Positions 32,773 to 40,888 are shown, counted from the first letter of the stretch. The stretch is DNA of 57,578 nucleotides from Kiritimatiellia bacterium (GCA_016303225.1 JAEDMC010000001.1:1-57578), one strand, 5' to 3'. Notes: generated from the letters alone by a model not told the origin. Numbers and translations: made by a program.

Positions 32773-33255
32773 GTGACAAAGTTGAGTCCAGAGATTTGCC
32801 TGAAGATTAAGGAAGCTCGCCGTGCGGCGAAGCTTTCACAGAGCATTGTCGCAGCAGAGGTTGGCTGTAAACAATCGGCCCTTTCAATGTTCGAACAGGG
32901 TGATGGGACGAAGCTTAACGAAGAAGTTGTCAACAAGCTGGCTCAGAGGTTTGGCATTTCGTTGACGGAGAAAGAGCCTGAACCGATTCGGGAGGTGCCG
33001 ACGAATTTTGCGGTGCCTTCGGAAATCCGAGTGCATGGTTTTTGTCCAAACGCACACTGTCCGTCGAACAAGATCTACGAAGTCGACGGAAGGACCTATG
33101 CCTTGCCGAACCGACTGACAGCGGATCCAGTCGGTGGGAAGTTTTGCGCGCTTTGTGGAGAGATTCTTGAAAAACGCTGTCCCAACTGCGGAGCGCCTTT
33201 GCATGACGGAGCGATCTGTTCAATCTGCGGCGACCCCTATGTTTCCATTCGGTAG
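32773..33255 (+). CDS. XRE-family HTH protein with a C-terminal multi-Cys zinc-ribbon domain
   Basis: 160 aa. HTH: IKEARRAAKLSQSIVAAEVGCKQSALSMFEQG. Cys pairs: CPNAHC, CALCG, CPNCG, CSICG. GTG start. Confidence 0.75.
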   Translation: MTKLSPEICLKIKEARRAAKLSQSIVAAEVGCKQSALSMFEQGDGTKLNEEVVNKLAQRFGISLTEKEPEPIREVPTNFAVPSEIRVHGFCPNAHCPSNKIYEVDGRTYALPNRLTADPVGGKFCALCGEILEKRCPNCGAPLHDGAICSICGDPYVSIR

Positions 33256-33276
33256 TCCCCCGACATCCGTTTTTTT

Positions 33277-33285
33277 TGATATAAT
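33277..33285 (+). promoter_or_regulatory. Extended -10 TGATATAAT upstream of the kinase gene (25-nt leader)
   Basis: Preceded by a T8 run. aaagga SD-like sequence before the ATG at 33311. Confidence 0.55.
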
Positions 33286-33310
33286 CATCACTTGAAAGGA
33301 ATTTCGAGAG

Positions 33311-34342
33311 ATGTCTAACAGAACTTATTCGCAGGATGAACTCTCCGCCGTACTCAAGGGCTTCGGCATCACAGATCAGACGGATGTGAGCCGCTATGGC
33401 TCAGGACACATCAACGACACGTTCAAGGTTGAGACGAAGCGGGGTGTCCGTTACATTTTGCAGCGCGTCACCGACGCCTTCGACAAGGACATCCTCAAGT
33501 CGAACATCATCCGCGTCACTAACCATCTGAAGTCCAAGGGCGTGAAGACGCTCGACGTCCTCGGGTACGAGAATCCGTGGCGTCTTTATGCCTTCCTCGA
33601 GGGCTATACGTCAGTCGACGTCATTACGGATCCCGCGCAGGCGGAGCTCGCGGCCGGTGCGTTCGCTGCGTTTCAGAATGCGCTTGCGGATCTGCCAGAA
33701 CCGCAGCTTCTCCCCGTCATTCCGAAGTTCCACGATACGGTCGACCGCATTCGGCTTCTTGATGAGGCGGCTGCGGCGGACATAAAGGGCCGCAAGGCGT
33801 CTGTGCAGGCGGAGCTTGATTTCGTGAATCGCCGTCGCGAAGAGGCGGCTAAGATCGTGACCATGATGGCGAAGGGCGAGATTCCCGAGCGGATTACGCA
33901 CAACGACACGAAGATCAACAACGTGATGCTTGCGCCCGACGGTACGAACGTTGTCATCGACCTTGACACAACGATGCCGGGTTCGGCGCTCTACGACTTC
34001 GGTGACATGGTGCGCACCTCGTCCGCGGCGGCGGCCGAAGACGAGAAGGACCTATCGAAGGTCTATTCGAAGAAGAAGTACTTCGAGGCGCTCGTGAAGG
34101 GCTATCTCGCGCAGGCGAAGTTCCTCACCGACGCGGAGAAGGCGAACCTCGCATTTTCGGGCCGTCTCATCACGCTCACGATCGGCATCCGTTTCCTCAC
34201 CGACTATCTTGCCGGCGACACCTATTTCCACACGGCCTACGAAGGCCATAACCTTGTCCGCTGCCATACGCAGTTCAAGATGGTCGAGTCGATGGAGGCC
34301 CAGGCCTCCGAGTACGAGGCAATCGTCCGGAAGTATGCCTAA
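33311..34342 (+). CDS. APH/ChoK-fold phosphotransferase, N-acetylhexosamine 1-kinase-like
   Basis: 343 aa. Motifs: GSGHINDTF, ITHNDTKINNVM, IDLDT. Confidence 0.7.
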   Translation: MSNRTYSQDELSAVLKGFGITDQTDVSRYGSGHINDTFKVETKRGVRYILQRVTDAFDKDILKSNIIRVTNHLKSKGVKTLDVLGYENPWRLYAFLEGYTSVDVITDPAQAELAAGAFAAFQNALADLPEPQLLPVIPKFHDTVDRIRLLDEAAAADIKGRKASVQAELDFVNRRREEAAKIVTMMAKGEIPERITHNDTKINNVMLAPDGTNVVIDLDTTMPGSALYDFGDMVRTSSAAAAEDEKDLSKVYSKKKYFEALVKGYLAQAKFLTDAEKANLAFSGRLITLTIGIRFLTDYLAGDTYFHTAYEGHNLVRCHTQFKMVESMEAQASEYEAIVRKYA

Positions 34343-36712
34343 ATGAAAAACAAGAAGTTGTTTTTGGTGGTCGCGGCAATTTTCGCAGCGGCGGGTGTTT
34401 TTGGCTCCACTGAGATGATTCCGGCGTATCCGGACTTCAACCTCCCGCGCGTGGAGGAGATGATGTTCCTGGTGCTGCAGATTGGCATCATCATCTTCGC
34501 GGCGAAGCTGGGCGGTATGGTCGCCGCTTGGATGAAGCTGCCGTCGATTCTCGGCGAGCTCGCGGCGGGCATCGTGATCGGGCCGTGGGCCTTGGGGGGC
34601 ATCGGGTTCGGTACTGGCGTGTTCCAGTACGGGCTCTTCCACGGCGCAGCGTTGAAGGTGATGAATGCGGCGGCGTATCTTCCCGACGGCACGGCAGCTC
34701 CCCTGCAGACGATGTTCGGCACCACGGTCGGCGGCGGGTTCATGTTTGACGCGACGAGCGAATCGCTCTATGGCATCGCGACGCTCGCGTCGGTGATTCT
34801 GCTGTTCCTGTCGGGACTTGAGACGAACCTGAAGATGTTCCTCAAGTATTCGTTCGTGGGCCTGATGGTCGGCCTCGGCGGCGTGATCGTCTCGTTCGTT
34901 CTCGGCGACCTGTGCGCCGTCTACCTTCTCCCGAAGTTCTTCGCGGTCTTTGCGGAAGGCGGCAAGCACTGCCTCGTCGGCATTCCGCTGGCGGAGGCGA
35001 TGACGCGCGAGGCGCCGCTCTACATGGGCATCATGTCGACGGCAACGTCGGTCGGTATCACGGCGCGCATCCTCTCCGAGAAGAAGAAGATGGACTCCGA
35101 GGAGGGCGTCACGATCATGGCAGGCGCCGTGATCGACGATGTGCTCGGCCTCATCGTCCTCGCGATAGGCAACGGCATCATCGCGGCGAACCACGCGGCG
35201 GCGAAGACCGGCGCGGCGGGCGGAGCGATGGATTGGGGTGAAATTGGCTTTGTGGCCCTCAAGGCGTTCGGCGTGTGGCTGGGTGCGACGGCGGTCGGTC
35301 TCGTCTTCGCGCGGTACATCGCGAAGTTCCTGAAGAACGTCTTCAAGAGCCCGGTCGTCATCGCGACGATGGCCTTCGGACTTGCGCTGGTCCTCGCGGG
35401 TTTCTTCGAGTTCATGGGGCTTGCGATGATCATCGGCGCGTATGTGATGGGCCTCGCGCTCTCGCGCACCGATCTCAAGCATCCGATCCAGGAGATGCTG
35501 ACGCCCGTCTACACGTTCCTCGTGCCGATCTTCTTCTGCTCGATGGGCATGATGGTCGACGTGAGCGCGCTTTGTTCGAAGCCGGTCCTCGTCTTCGGAG
35601 GCATCTACACGGTCTTGGCGGTCGCGACGAAGATCATCGGCTGCATGGTGCCGTCGATGTGCTGCGGTTTCAATGCGCTGGGCGGACTCCGCATCGGCGC
35701 GGGCATGGTCCCGCGCGGCGAGGTTGCGCTCATCATCGCGGGTCTCGGCCTCTCGTCCGGCTACCTCACGCAGGAGATCTTCGGCATCGGCATCATGATG
35801 ACGCTCGTCACGACCGTCGTCGCGCCGCCCGCGCTGGTCGGGCTTTTCGCGCCCAAGGCGAAGGGCGTGCGGCATCCGAAGCCCAGCAAGGACGGCTCGC
35901 GCAACGTCTCCTTCGAACTCGGTTCGCCGATGGTCGCGCAGGTCATGATCGCGAAGCTGATCCAGGAGCTCCGCAACGAAGGCTTCTACCTGAGCGAGCT
36001 GTCGCCCGATGACCACATCTGGGCGGCGGCGATGGACGACATCGAGTTCTCCATCCGCCGCGACGGTTCGGTCATCCGCTTCGCCTGCACGCCTGCACAG
36101 GAGGCGATGGTGATGACGGCGTGGATGGAGGTCGTGAGCCAGATGAACGAGCTCGCGCGCGCGATTGCCAAACCCATCCGCCGCGAGGACGTCGAGAAGA
36201 TCCTGAAGGAGCCGGTGGTCAAGGCCGGGCGGTCCGGTGTTGGCCGCTATGTGCAGGGTTTCGTGATGCTGCCGAAGTTCCGCGCGGCGTCAAAGCAGGA
36301 GGCGATCGAGAAGATTGTGAATGAGATCGCGAAGACTTGTCCGCACCACGTGGCGGATGCCGCGGCCGCGACGGCCGCCGTGCTGAGGCGCGAGGAGTCG
36401 ATGCCGACCGGGCTCGACCATGGCATCGCCGTGCCGCACGGTCGCTCCTCCGTGGTGACCGGCATCGCCGGTGCGGTCGCGATTCTTGACAACGAGGGAA
36501 CGGCGAACGGCTGCATTCCGGACTACGAAACGATCGACAACTCTCCGTTGCAGATCATCGTCCTCACGCTTGCGAACGACGCGCAGCAGACGCCGTACCT
36601 GCAGCTCATGAGCTTCATCTCTCGTGCGCTCCGCGCGGACGACGGGTACAGGCGCCTCCTGGCCTGCCAGACGCCCGAGGAGATGCGGAAGTTCTTCCGC
36701 ATGACGAAATAG
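34343..36712 (+). CDS. CPA2 (Kef-type) cation:proton antiporter fused to a C-terminal PTS EIIA(Ntr/fructose-type) domain
   Basis: 789 aa. About 12-13 TM segments (..LGELAAGIVIGP..), a linker, then an EIIA-2 pattern ..REESMPTGLDHGIAVPHGR.. with the phospho-His. Confidence 0.8.
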   Translation: MKNKKLFLVVAAIFAAAGVFGSTEMIPAYPDFNLPRVEEMMFLVLQIGIIIFAAKLGGMVAAWMKLPSILGELAAGIVIGPWALGGIGFGTGVFQYGLFHGAALKVMNAAAYLPDGTAAPLQTMFGTTVGGGFMFDATSESLYGIATLASVILLFLSGLETNLKMFLKYSFVGLMVGLGGVIVSFVLGDLCAVYLLPKFFAVFAEGGKHCLVGIPLAEAMTREAPLYMGIMSTATSVGITARILSEKKKMDSEEGVTIMAGAVIDDVLGLIVLAIGNGIIAANHAAAKTGAAGGAMDWGEIGFVALKAFGVWLGATAVGLVFARYIAKFLKNVFKSPVVIATMAFGLALVLAGFFEFMGLAMIIGAYVMGLALSRTDLKHPIQEMLTPVYTFLVPIFFCSMGMMVDVSALCSKPVLVFGGIYTVLAVATKIIGCMVPSMCCGFNALGGLRIGAGMVPRGEVALIIAGLGLSSGYLTQEIFGIGIMMTLVTTVVAPPALVGLFAPKAKGVRHPKPSKDGSRNVSFELGSPMVAQVMIAKLIQELRNEGFYLSELSPDDHIWAAAMDDIEFSIRRDGSVIRFACTPAQEAMVMTAWMEVVSQMNELARAIAKPIRREDVEKILKEPVVKAGRSGVGRYVQGFVMLPKFRAASKQEAIEKIVNEIAKTCPHHVADAAAATAAVLRREESMPTGLDHGIAVPHGRSSVVTGIAGAVAILDNEGTANGCIPDYETIDNSPLQIIVLTLANDAQQTPYLQLMSFISRALRADDGYRRLLACQTPEEMRKFFRMTK

Positions 36713-36719
36713 TTGGTAG

Positions 36720-38036
36720 ATGGTAGTCTGGGGTGATACCATTGCGGCGATCGCCACCGCGCCTGGGCGCGGTGGCGTTGCTGTCGTCAGGGTCAGCGGG
36801 AGTGAGGCGTTCAGCATCGCTGAACGCCTCACAAGAATCAGGGATCAGGGACCGGGGATCAGGGTCGGCAGAATCGCAAATGTCGACGAAGGGGTCATCC
36901 TGTTCTTCAAAGGTCCTCACAGCTATACCGGCGAGGACGTGGTGGAGTTCCAGTGTCATGGCGGCACGGTGACGCCGCGGCGGGTGCTGGAGGCGTGTCT
37001 TGCGACCGGTGCGCGGCTGGCGCGGCGCGGCGAGTTCACCGAGCGCGCGTTTCTGAACGGCAAGCTCGACTACGATCAGGCGGAATCTGTCCTCGATCTC
37101 GTCGATGCGAAGACCGCTCGTGCGGCAGACGCTGCGCTGGAGGGACTTTCCGGACGCAAACGGCGCGAGCTTAAGTCGTTGTACGATTCCGCTCTCGACC
37201 TGTCGACGCGGCTCGAGCACGCGCTTGACGTTGACGAAGGCGAGCTCGCGGACGATTACGTCCGCGAGCTTGGATCTCAGATCTCAGATCTCAGATCCCG
37301 GATTTCAGGGGCATTGCGTCGGGCGAACGAGGGGAAGATCCTGCGGGAGGGCGCGCTCGTGGTGCTGGCCGGGCCGCCGAACGCCGGCAAGTCGTCGCTG
37401 ATGAACGCGCTGCTGGAGGAGAACCGCGCGATCGTCAGCGACATCCCCGGCACGACGCGCGACTCAATCGAAGAGTGGCTGGACCTCGACGGCTGGCCGA
37501 TCCGCCTCGTCGACACCGCAGGTCTCCGCACGTCGCAGGACGAGGTCGAAGGCGAAGGCGTCCGTCGTGCCGAAGACCTGATTGCGAAGGCCGATCTCGT
37601 CCTTTGGTTGAGAAACAGTGAAGCTGGCGAACCGCTTAACGGCTCAATTGCTCAATTGCTGAACCGCTTAACCTCTCAACCGCTTAATCTCTCAACCAAG
37701 TGCGATCTCGTCCGCGGACCTGGTCTCAACGTCTCCGCGAAGACGGGTGAGGGTCTTGACGAGCTGAAGCGGGAGATTGTCGCGAAGCTCAAGGAAAAGG
37801 CCGAAACGAGCGTTGTCGATTTGCCGGAAGGCAACTTCGTCGCCCTTCGCGAGGCACTGACGTTGCTGGAAACGGGCGAAGGACAGGAGACGGGAGAGGG
37901 ACGACAAGAAGAGGATCTCGTCTTGACGGCCAATGCCGTGCGCGCCGCCGCCGAGCGCTTGGGCGCGGCAATCGGCGTAACGTATTCGAGTAATCTGCTG
38001 GACAATCTTTTTTCCCGTTTCTGCGTTGGAAAATGA
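36720..38036 (+). CDS. mnmE: tRNA modification GTPase MnmE (TrmE)
   Basis: DTIAAIATAPGRGGVAVVRVSG, G1 GPPNAGKSSLMN, DTAG, and the C-terminal CVGK tetrapeptide. Carries four low-complexity inserts. Confidence 0.93.
   Translation: MVVWGDTIAAIATAPGRGGVAVVRVSGSEAFSIAERLTRIRDQGPGIRVGRIANVDEGVILFFKGPHSYTGEDVVEFQCHGGTVTPRRVLEACLATGARLARRGEFTERAFLNGKLDYDQAESVLDLVDAKTARAADAALEGLSGRKRRELKSLYDSALDLSTRLEHALDVDEGELADDYVRELGSQISDLRSRISGALRRANEGKILREGALVVLAGPPNAGKSSLMNALLEENRAIVSDIPGTTRDSIEEWLDLDGWPIRLVDTAGLRTSQDEVEGEGVRRAEDLIAKADLVLWLRNSEAGEPLNGSIAQLLNRLTSQPLNLSTKCDLVRGPGLNVSAKTGEGLDELKREIVAKLKEKAETSVVDLPEGNFVALREALTLLETGEGQETGEGRQEEDLVLTANAVRAAAERLGAAIGVTYSSNLLDNLFSRFCVGK
36804..36868. repeat. 12-bp perfect hairpin followed by a gggatca-type micro-array in the mnmE 5' region
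   Basis: gaggcgttcagc (36804-15), atc, gctgaacgcctc (36819-30), then aatcagggatcagggaccggggatcagggtcgg (36836-68). Confidence 0.85.
37272..37311. repeat. Heptamer micro-array gatctca x3 (+gatcccggatttca)
   Basis: Exact copies at 37273, 37280 and 37287. Encodes SQISDLRSRIS in mnmE. Confidence 0.9.
37629..37697. repeat. Composite micro-array (gaaccgcttaac x2, gctcaatt x2, ctctcaac x2)
   Basis: Encodes EPLNGSIAQLLNRLTSQPLNLS in the mnmE G-domain region. Confidence 0.85.
37869..37905. repeat. 18-nt-period repeat (acgggngarggr x2)
   Basis: Encodes ETGEGQETGEGR near the mnmE C-terminus. Confidence 0.7.
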
Positions 38037-38042
38037 TATAAT
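38034..38042 (+). promoter_or_regulatory. Extended -10 TGATATAAT whose TGA is the mnmE stop codon
   Basis: A 52-nt leader to the pilC-like ATG is made almost entirely of the gtctaaagtcaaacg repeat. Confidence 0.55.
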
Positions 38043-38055
38043 TAGGAAAACTAGG

Positions 38056-38093
38056 CGTCTAAAGTCAAACGTCTAAGGTCTAAAGTCAAACGC
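38056..38093. repeat. 15-nt direct repeat x2 (gtctaaagtcaaacg) filling the pilC/gspF-like leader
   Basis: Copies at 38057-38071 and 38078-38092. The second copy ends 2 nt before the ATG at 38095. Confidence 0.9.
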
Positions 38094-38094
38094 T

Positions 38095-39393
38095 ATGGCA
38101 ACATTTCAGTATATCGCGAAGGATTCTGCAGGTAACGAGACTCGGGGCACGGTTGAGGCCGGTGACCGCAATTCGGCGATTGCCGCCGTACGGGCTCAAG
38201 GGCTTCTGCCGACGGCGCTCGGCGAAGTGAAGTCGTCTTCTGCGAAGCCGAAGGCGAAGGCTCCGACTCCGCAGAAGAAGAAGTCTGGCTTGAACAAGGA
38301 CATCAACATCAACCTGAAGCTGCCGAGCTGGATGCGGGGCAAAATCAAGACCAAGATCCTCACTCAGTTCACCCGTCAGCTGGCGACGCTTGTCAACGCG
38401 GGCTTGCCGTTGATGCGCGGCATTGAGGTTCTGAAGCGTCAGATGAAGGATCCCCAGATGGTCGAGGCCCTGAACGGCATCGGCGAGAACATCGCAGCCG
38501 GCGGAACGTTCTCCGAGTCGCTCACGCAGTATCCGAAGATTTTCGACCATCTTTACGTCAACATGGTCAAGGCAGGTGAAGCGGGCGGCGTTCTTGAAGT
38601 CGTCCTCGGCCGTCTCGCCGAATTCGCCGAGAAGAGCGAGAAGATCAAGAACAAGGTGAAGGGCGCGATGATCTACCCGATCGTGGTTCTCGTTGCCGCA
38701 ATCGGCATCACGGCGTTCCTGCTCGTGGCGGTCATTCCGAAATTCCAGCAGGTGTTCAACGACATGCTGGGTGGCGCGGCTCTGCCGCCGATCACGCAGT
38801 TCGTGATCGACGCGTCTGGCTTCGTGCAGCACAATGGCCTGCAGATCTTCCTGGCGGTCGTCGCCTTCGTGGTGCTGATGAAGATCGTCGGCAAGACGGA
38901 GAAGGGAGCCTACTTCTTCGACGTTCTGAAGCTGAAGATGCCGGTCACCGGCACGCTGACCCAACGGTCCGCGGTTTCGAAGTTCACGCGCACGCTCGGC
39001 ACGCTTCTCTCGTCCGGCGTGCCGATCCTGCAGTCGCTGACGATCACCCGCGATACGACGGGTAACCGGGTGCTCACGGAGGCGATTCAGAACGTGCATG
39101 ACTCGGTGAAGGAAGGCGAGTCAATGACCCAGCCGCTCTCGCAGTGCAAGGTGTTCCCGCCGATGGTCGTCTCGATGGTCGAGGTCGGCGAGGAGACCGG
39201 CGCGCTTGCCGACATGCTCACGCGCATCGCCAACACCTATGACGATGAAGTTGACAATGCCGTCGCCGGCATGACTGCGGCGATCGAACCGACGCTGATC
39301 ATCGTCCTCGCCGTCGTCGTCGGCACGATCGTCATCGCCATGTTTCTCCCGATGGTCAAGATCATCGGATCCGTCTCCGGCGCCGGCGCCTGA
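38095..39393 (+). CDS. Type II secretion / type IV pilus platform protein (GspF/PilC family)
   Basis: 432 aa. MATFQYIAKDSAGNETRGTVEA.. N-terminus and two T2SSF repeats, each followed by TM segments. Confidence 0.85.
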   Translation: MATFQYIAKDSAGNETRGTVEAGDRNSAIAAVRAQGLLPTALGEVKSSSAKPKAKAPTPQKKKSGLNKDININLKLPSWMRGKIKTKILTQFTRQLATLVNAGLPLMRGIEVLKRQMKDPQMVEALNGIGENIAAGGTFSESLTQYPKIFDHLYVNMVKAGEAGGVLEVVLGRLAEFAEKSEKIKNKVKGAMIYPIVVLVAAIGITAFLLVAVIPKFQQVFNDMLGGAALPPITQFVIDASGFVQHNGLQIFLAVVAFVVLMKIVGKTEKGAYFFDVLKLKMPVTGTLTQRSAVSKFTRTLGTLLSSGVPILQSLTITRDTTGNRVLTEAIQNVHDSVKEGESMTQPLSQCKVFPPMVVSMVEVGEETGALADMLTRIANTYDDEVDNAVAGMTAAIEPTLIIVLAVVVGTIVIAMFLPMVKIIGSVSGAGA

Positions 39394-40673
39394 TGAAGAC
39401 CTGGGTCTGCGGGCATCGCAATCCCGACGTTGATTCGGTGGCGAGCGCCTGTGCGCTCGCCGATCTCCGGCGGCGGACGGGACTCGCGGACGTCGAGGCG
39501 ATTTGCGCCGGGCGTCTGCCACCGCGCGCGCAATGGGTCTTCGACCATTTCCAGCTGCCGCCGATTTGCGCGAAGCGTGACGTCTACGTGCGCGTTCGGG
39601 ACTTGATGGACACCTCCGTGCCGACGATTGACGCGTCCGTGCCGTTGGTGGACGCGCTTAAGTCGCTACAGGTGAGCGGACAGTCTTCGCTGCCGGTGCG
39701 CGACGCCGAGGGTCGCTTTGTCGGCATGCTGCGCCCCGCCGAACTTCTGTCGCTCTTCATCGCGAAGTCCGACCTCTCGATGCCGGTTGGCGAGGTGTCG
39801 TTGCACCAGACGGAGCCGCTCGTCGACACGGATCGCGTGCACGACATCCGCCAGTCTGCGATCCGCAACTCTCACAATCACTTTCCTGTCGTCGACGAGC
39901 GCGGACGGCTGATCGGGACGGTACTGAAGCGCGCTTTTGCAGAAGAGCCGCCGTACCGGATGATCCTCGTCGACCACAACGAGACGGAGCAGGGCATTCC
40001 CGGTGCGGAGGAGATACCCGTCGTCGAAGTCGTCGATCATCATCGCATCGCGTTCGCGCCGACGAAGGATCCGATCCGCTATATGGCGGACGCCGTCGGT
40101 TCGACGTGCACGCTCGTCGCGAAGATGTACCGCGGCGCCGGAGAGCGTCCGACCCGCGAAATCGCCGGTGTTCTCATCGCCGGCATTGTCTCCGACACGC
40201 TCCTCTTCCAGTCGCCGACGACGACGGAGACGGACCGCCAGATGTGCGCATGGCTTGAGAAGCTCTGCGGCGAGACAGCTGCGTCGGTTATGGAGGGGCT
40301 GATGTCCGTCACCTCGCCGCTCACGTCGATGTCTCCCGAAGAGGCGATTGCAATCGACGCGAAGACCTATTCGGAAGGCGGCTGCAAGTTTGTCCTCGCG
40401 CAGATCGAGGAGTCGAATCTCACGCTTTTCCACCGTAAGTCCGGGGACCTCACAGCCGCCATGGAGCGGACGGTCAAGGAGGATGGTCTCGACTTCATGG
40501 CGCTGATGGTGACGGATCCCGCGCGCGGCAATTCGGAACTCCTCTTCTGCGGATCCGAGTCGGTCCGCCGTGCCCTGCCGTATCGCCGGAGCGAACGCGG
40601 CACGCTGCTGATGCCGGGCGTCCTCTCGCGCAAGAAGCAGCTTCTTCCCGAAATCCTCTCGGCTTTGCAGTGA
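39393..40673 (+). CDS. DHH/DHHA2 phosphoesterase with inserted CBS pair (CBS-type family II inorganic pyrophosphatase-like)
   Basis: 426 aa. Motifs: GHRNPDVDS, ILVDHNE, VVDHHR. A CBS pair lies between motifs I and II. C-terminal DHHA2. Confidence 0.75.
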   Translation: MKTWVCGHRNPDVDSVASACALADLRRRTGLADVEAICAGRLPPRAQWVFDHFQLPPICAKRDVYVRVRDLMDTSVPTIDASVPLVDALKSLQVSGQSSLPVRDAEGRFVGMLRPAELLSLFIAKSDLSMPVGEVSLHQTEPLVDTDRVHDIRQSAIRNSHNHFPVVDERGRLIGTVLKRAFAEEPPYRMILVDHNETEQGIPGAEEIPVVEVVDHHRIAFAPTKDPIRYMADAVGSTCTLVAKMYRGAGERPTREIAGVLIAGIVSDTLLFQSPTTTETDRQMCAWLEKLCGETAASVMEGLMSVTSPLTSMSPEEAIAIDAKTYSEGGCKFVLAQIEESNLTLFHRKSGDLTAAMERTVKEDGLDFMALMVTDPARGNSELLFCGSESVRRALPYRRSERGTLLMPGVLSRKKQLLPEILSALQ

Positions 40674-40888
40674 TGCTCGTCACGCTTCAGATCGTCCGCA
40701 TCATCGCCGTCATCGCGCTCGTCTGCGTGGCGGGTGCGATGGTCACGCCCAAGGGCCGCATTCCGCTTGCTTTCCGCGGCGTTGCGAAACTCTTCAAAAT
40801 CTCCGCCGAAGAGCAAAAGGTCCCCGGCTGGAAAAAGCTCGTTGCCTTCCTGCTTATTCTTGGTGCAATCATCATAGCTGCGATATGA
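40670..40888 (+). CDS. Small two-TM membrane protein
   Basis: 72 aa, hydrophobic at both ends. Start and stop overlap both neighbours (translational coupling). Confidence 0.5.
   Translation: MMLVTLQIVRIIAVIALVCVAGAMVTPKGRIPLAFRGVAKLFKISAEEQKVPGWKKLVAFLLILGAIIIAAI

Noticed and set aside
25032-33300. GC trough as a metagenomic mis-assembly joining two organisms
   Set aside because: Not fully excluded, but it is disfavoured for four reasons. GC changes gradually on both sides rather than at a breakpoint. The same TGATATAAT-type boxes and leaderless spacing occur inside and outside the trough. A micro-array with a 14-nt exact match to a flank locus lies inside it. The strand switch and box clusters form a coherent origin.
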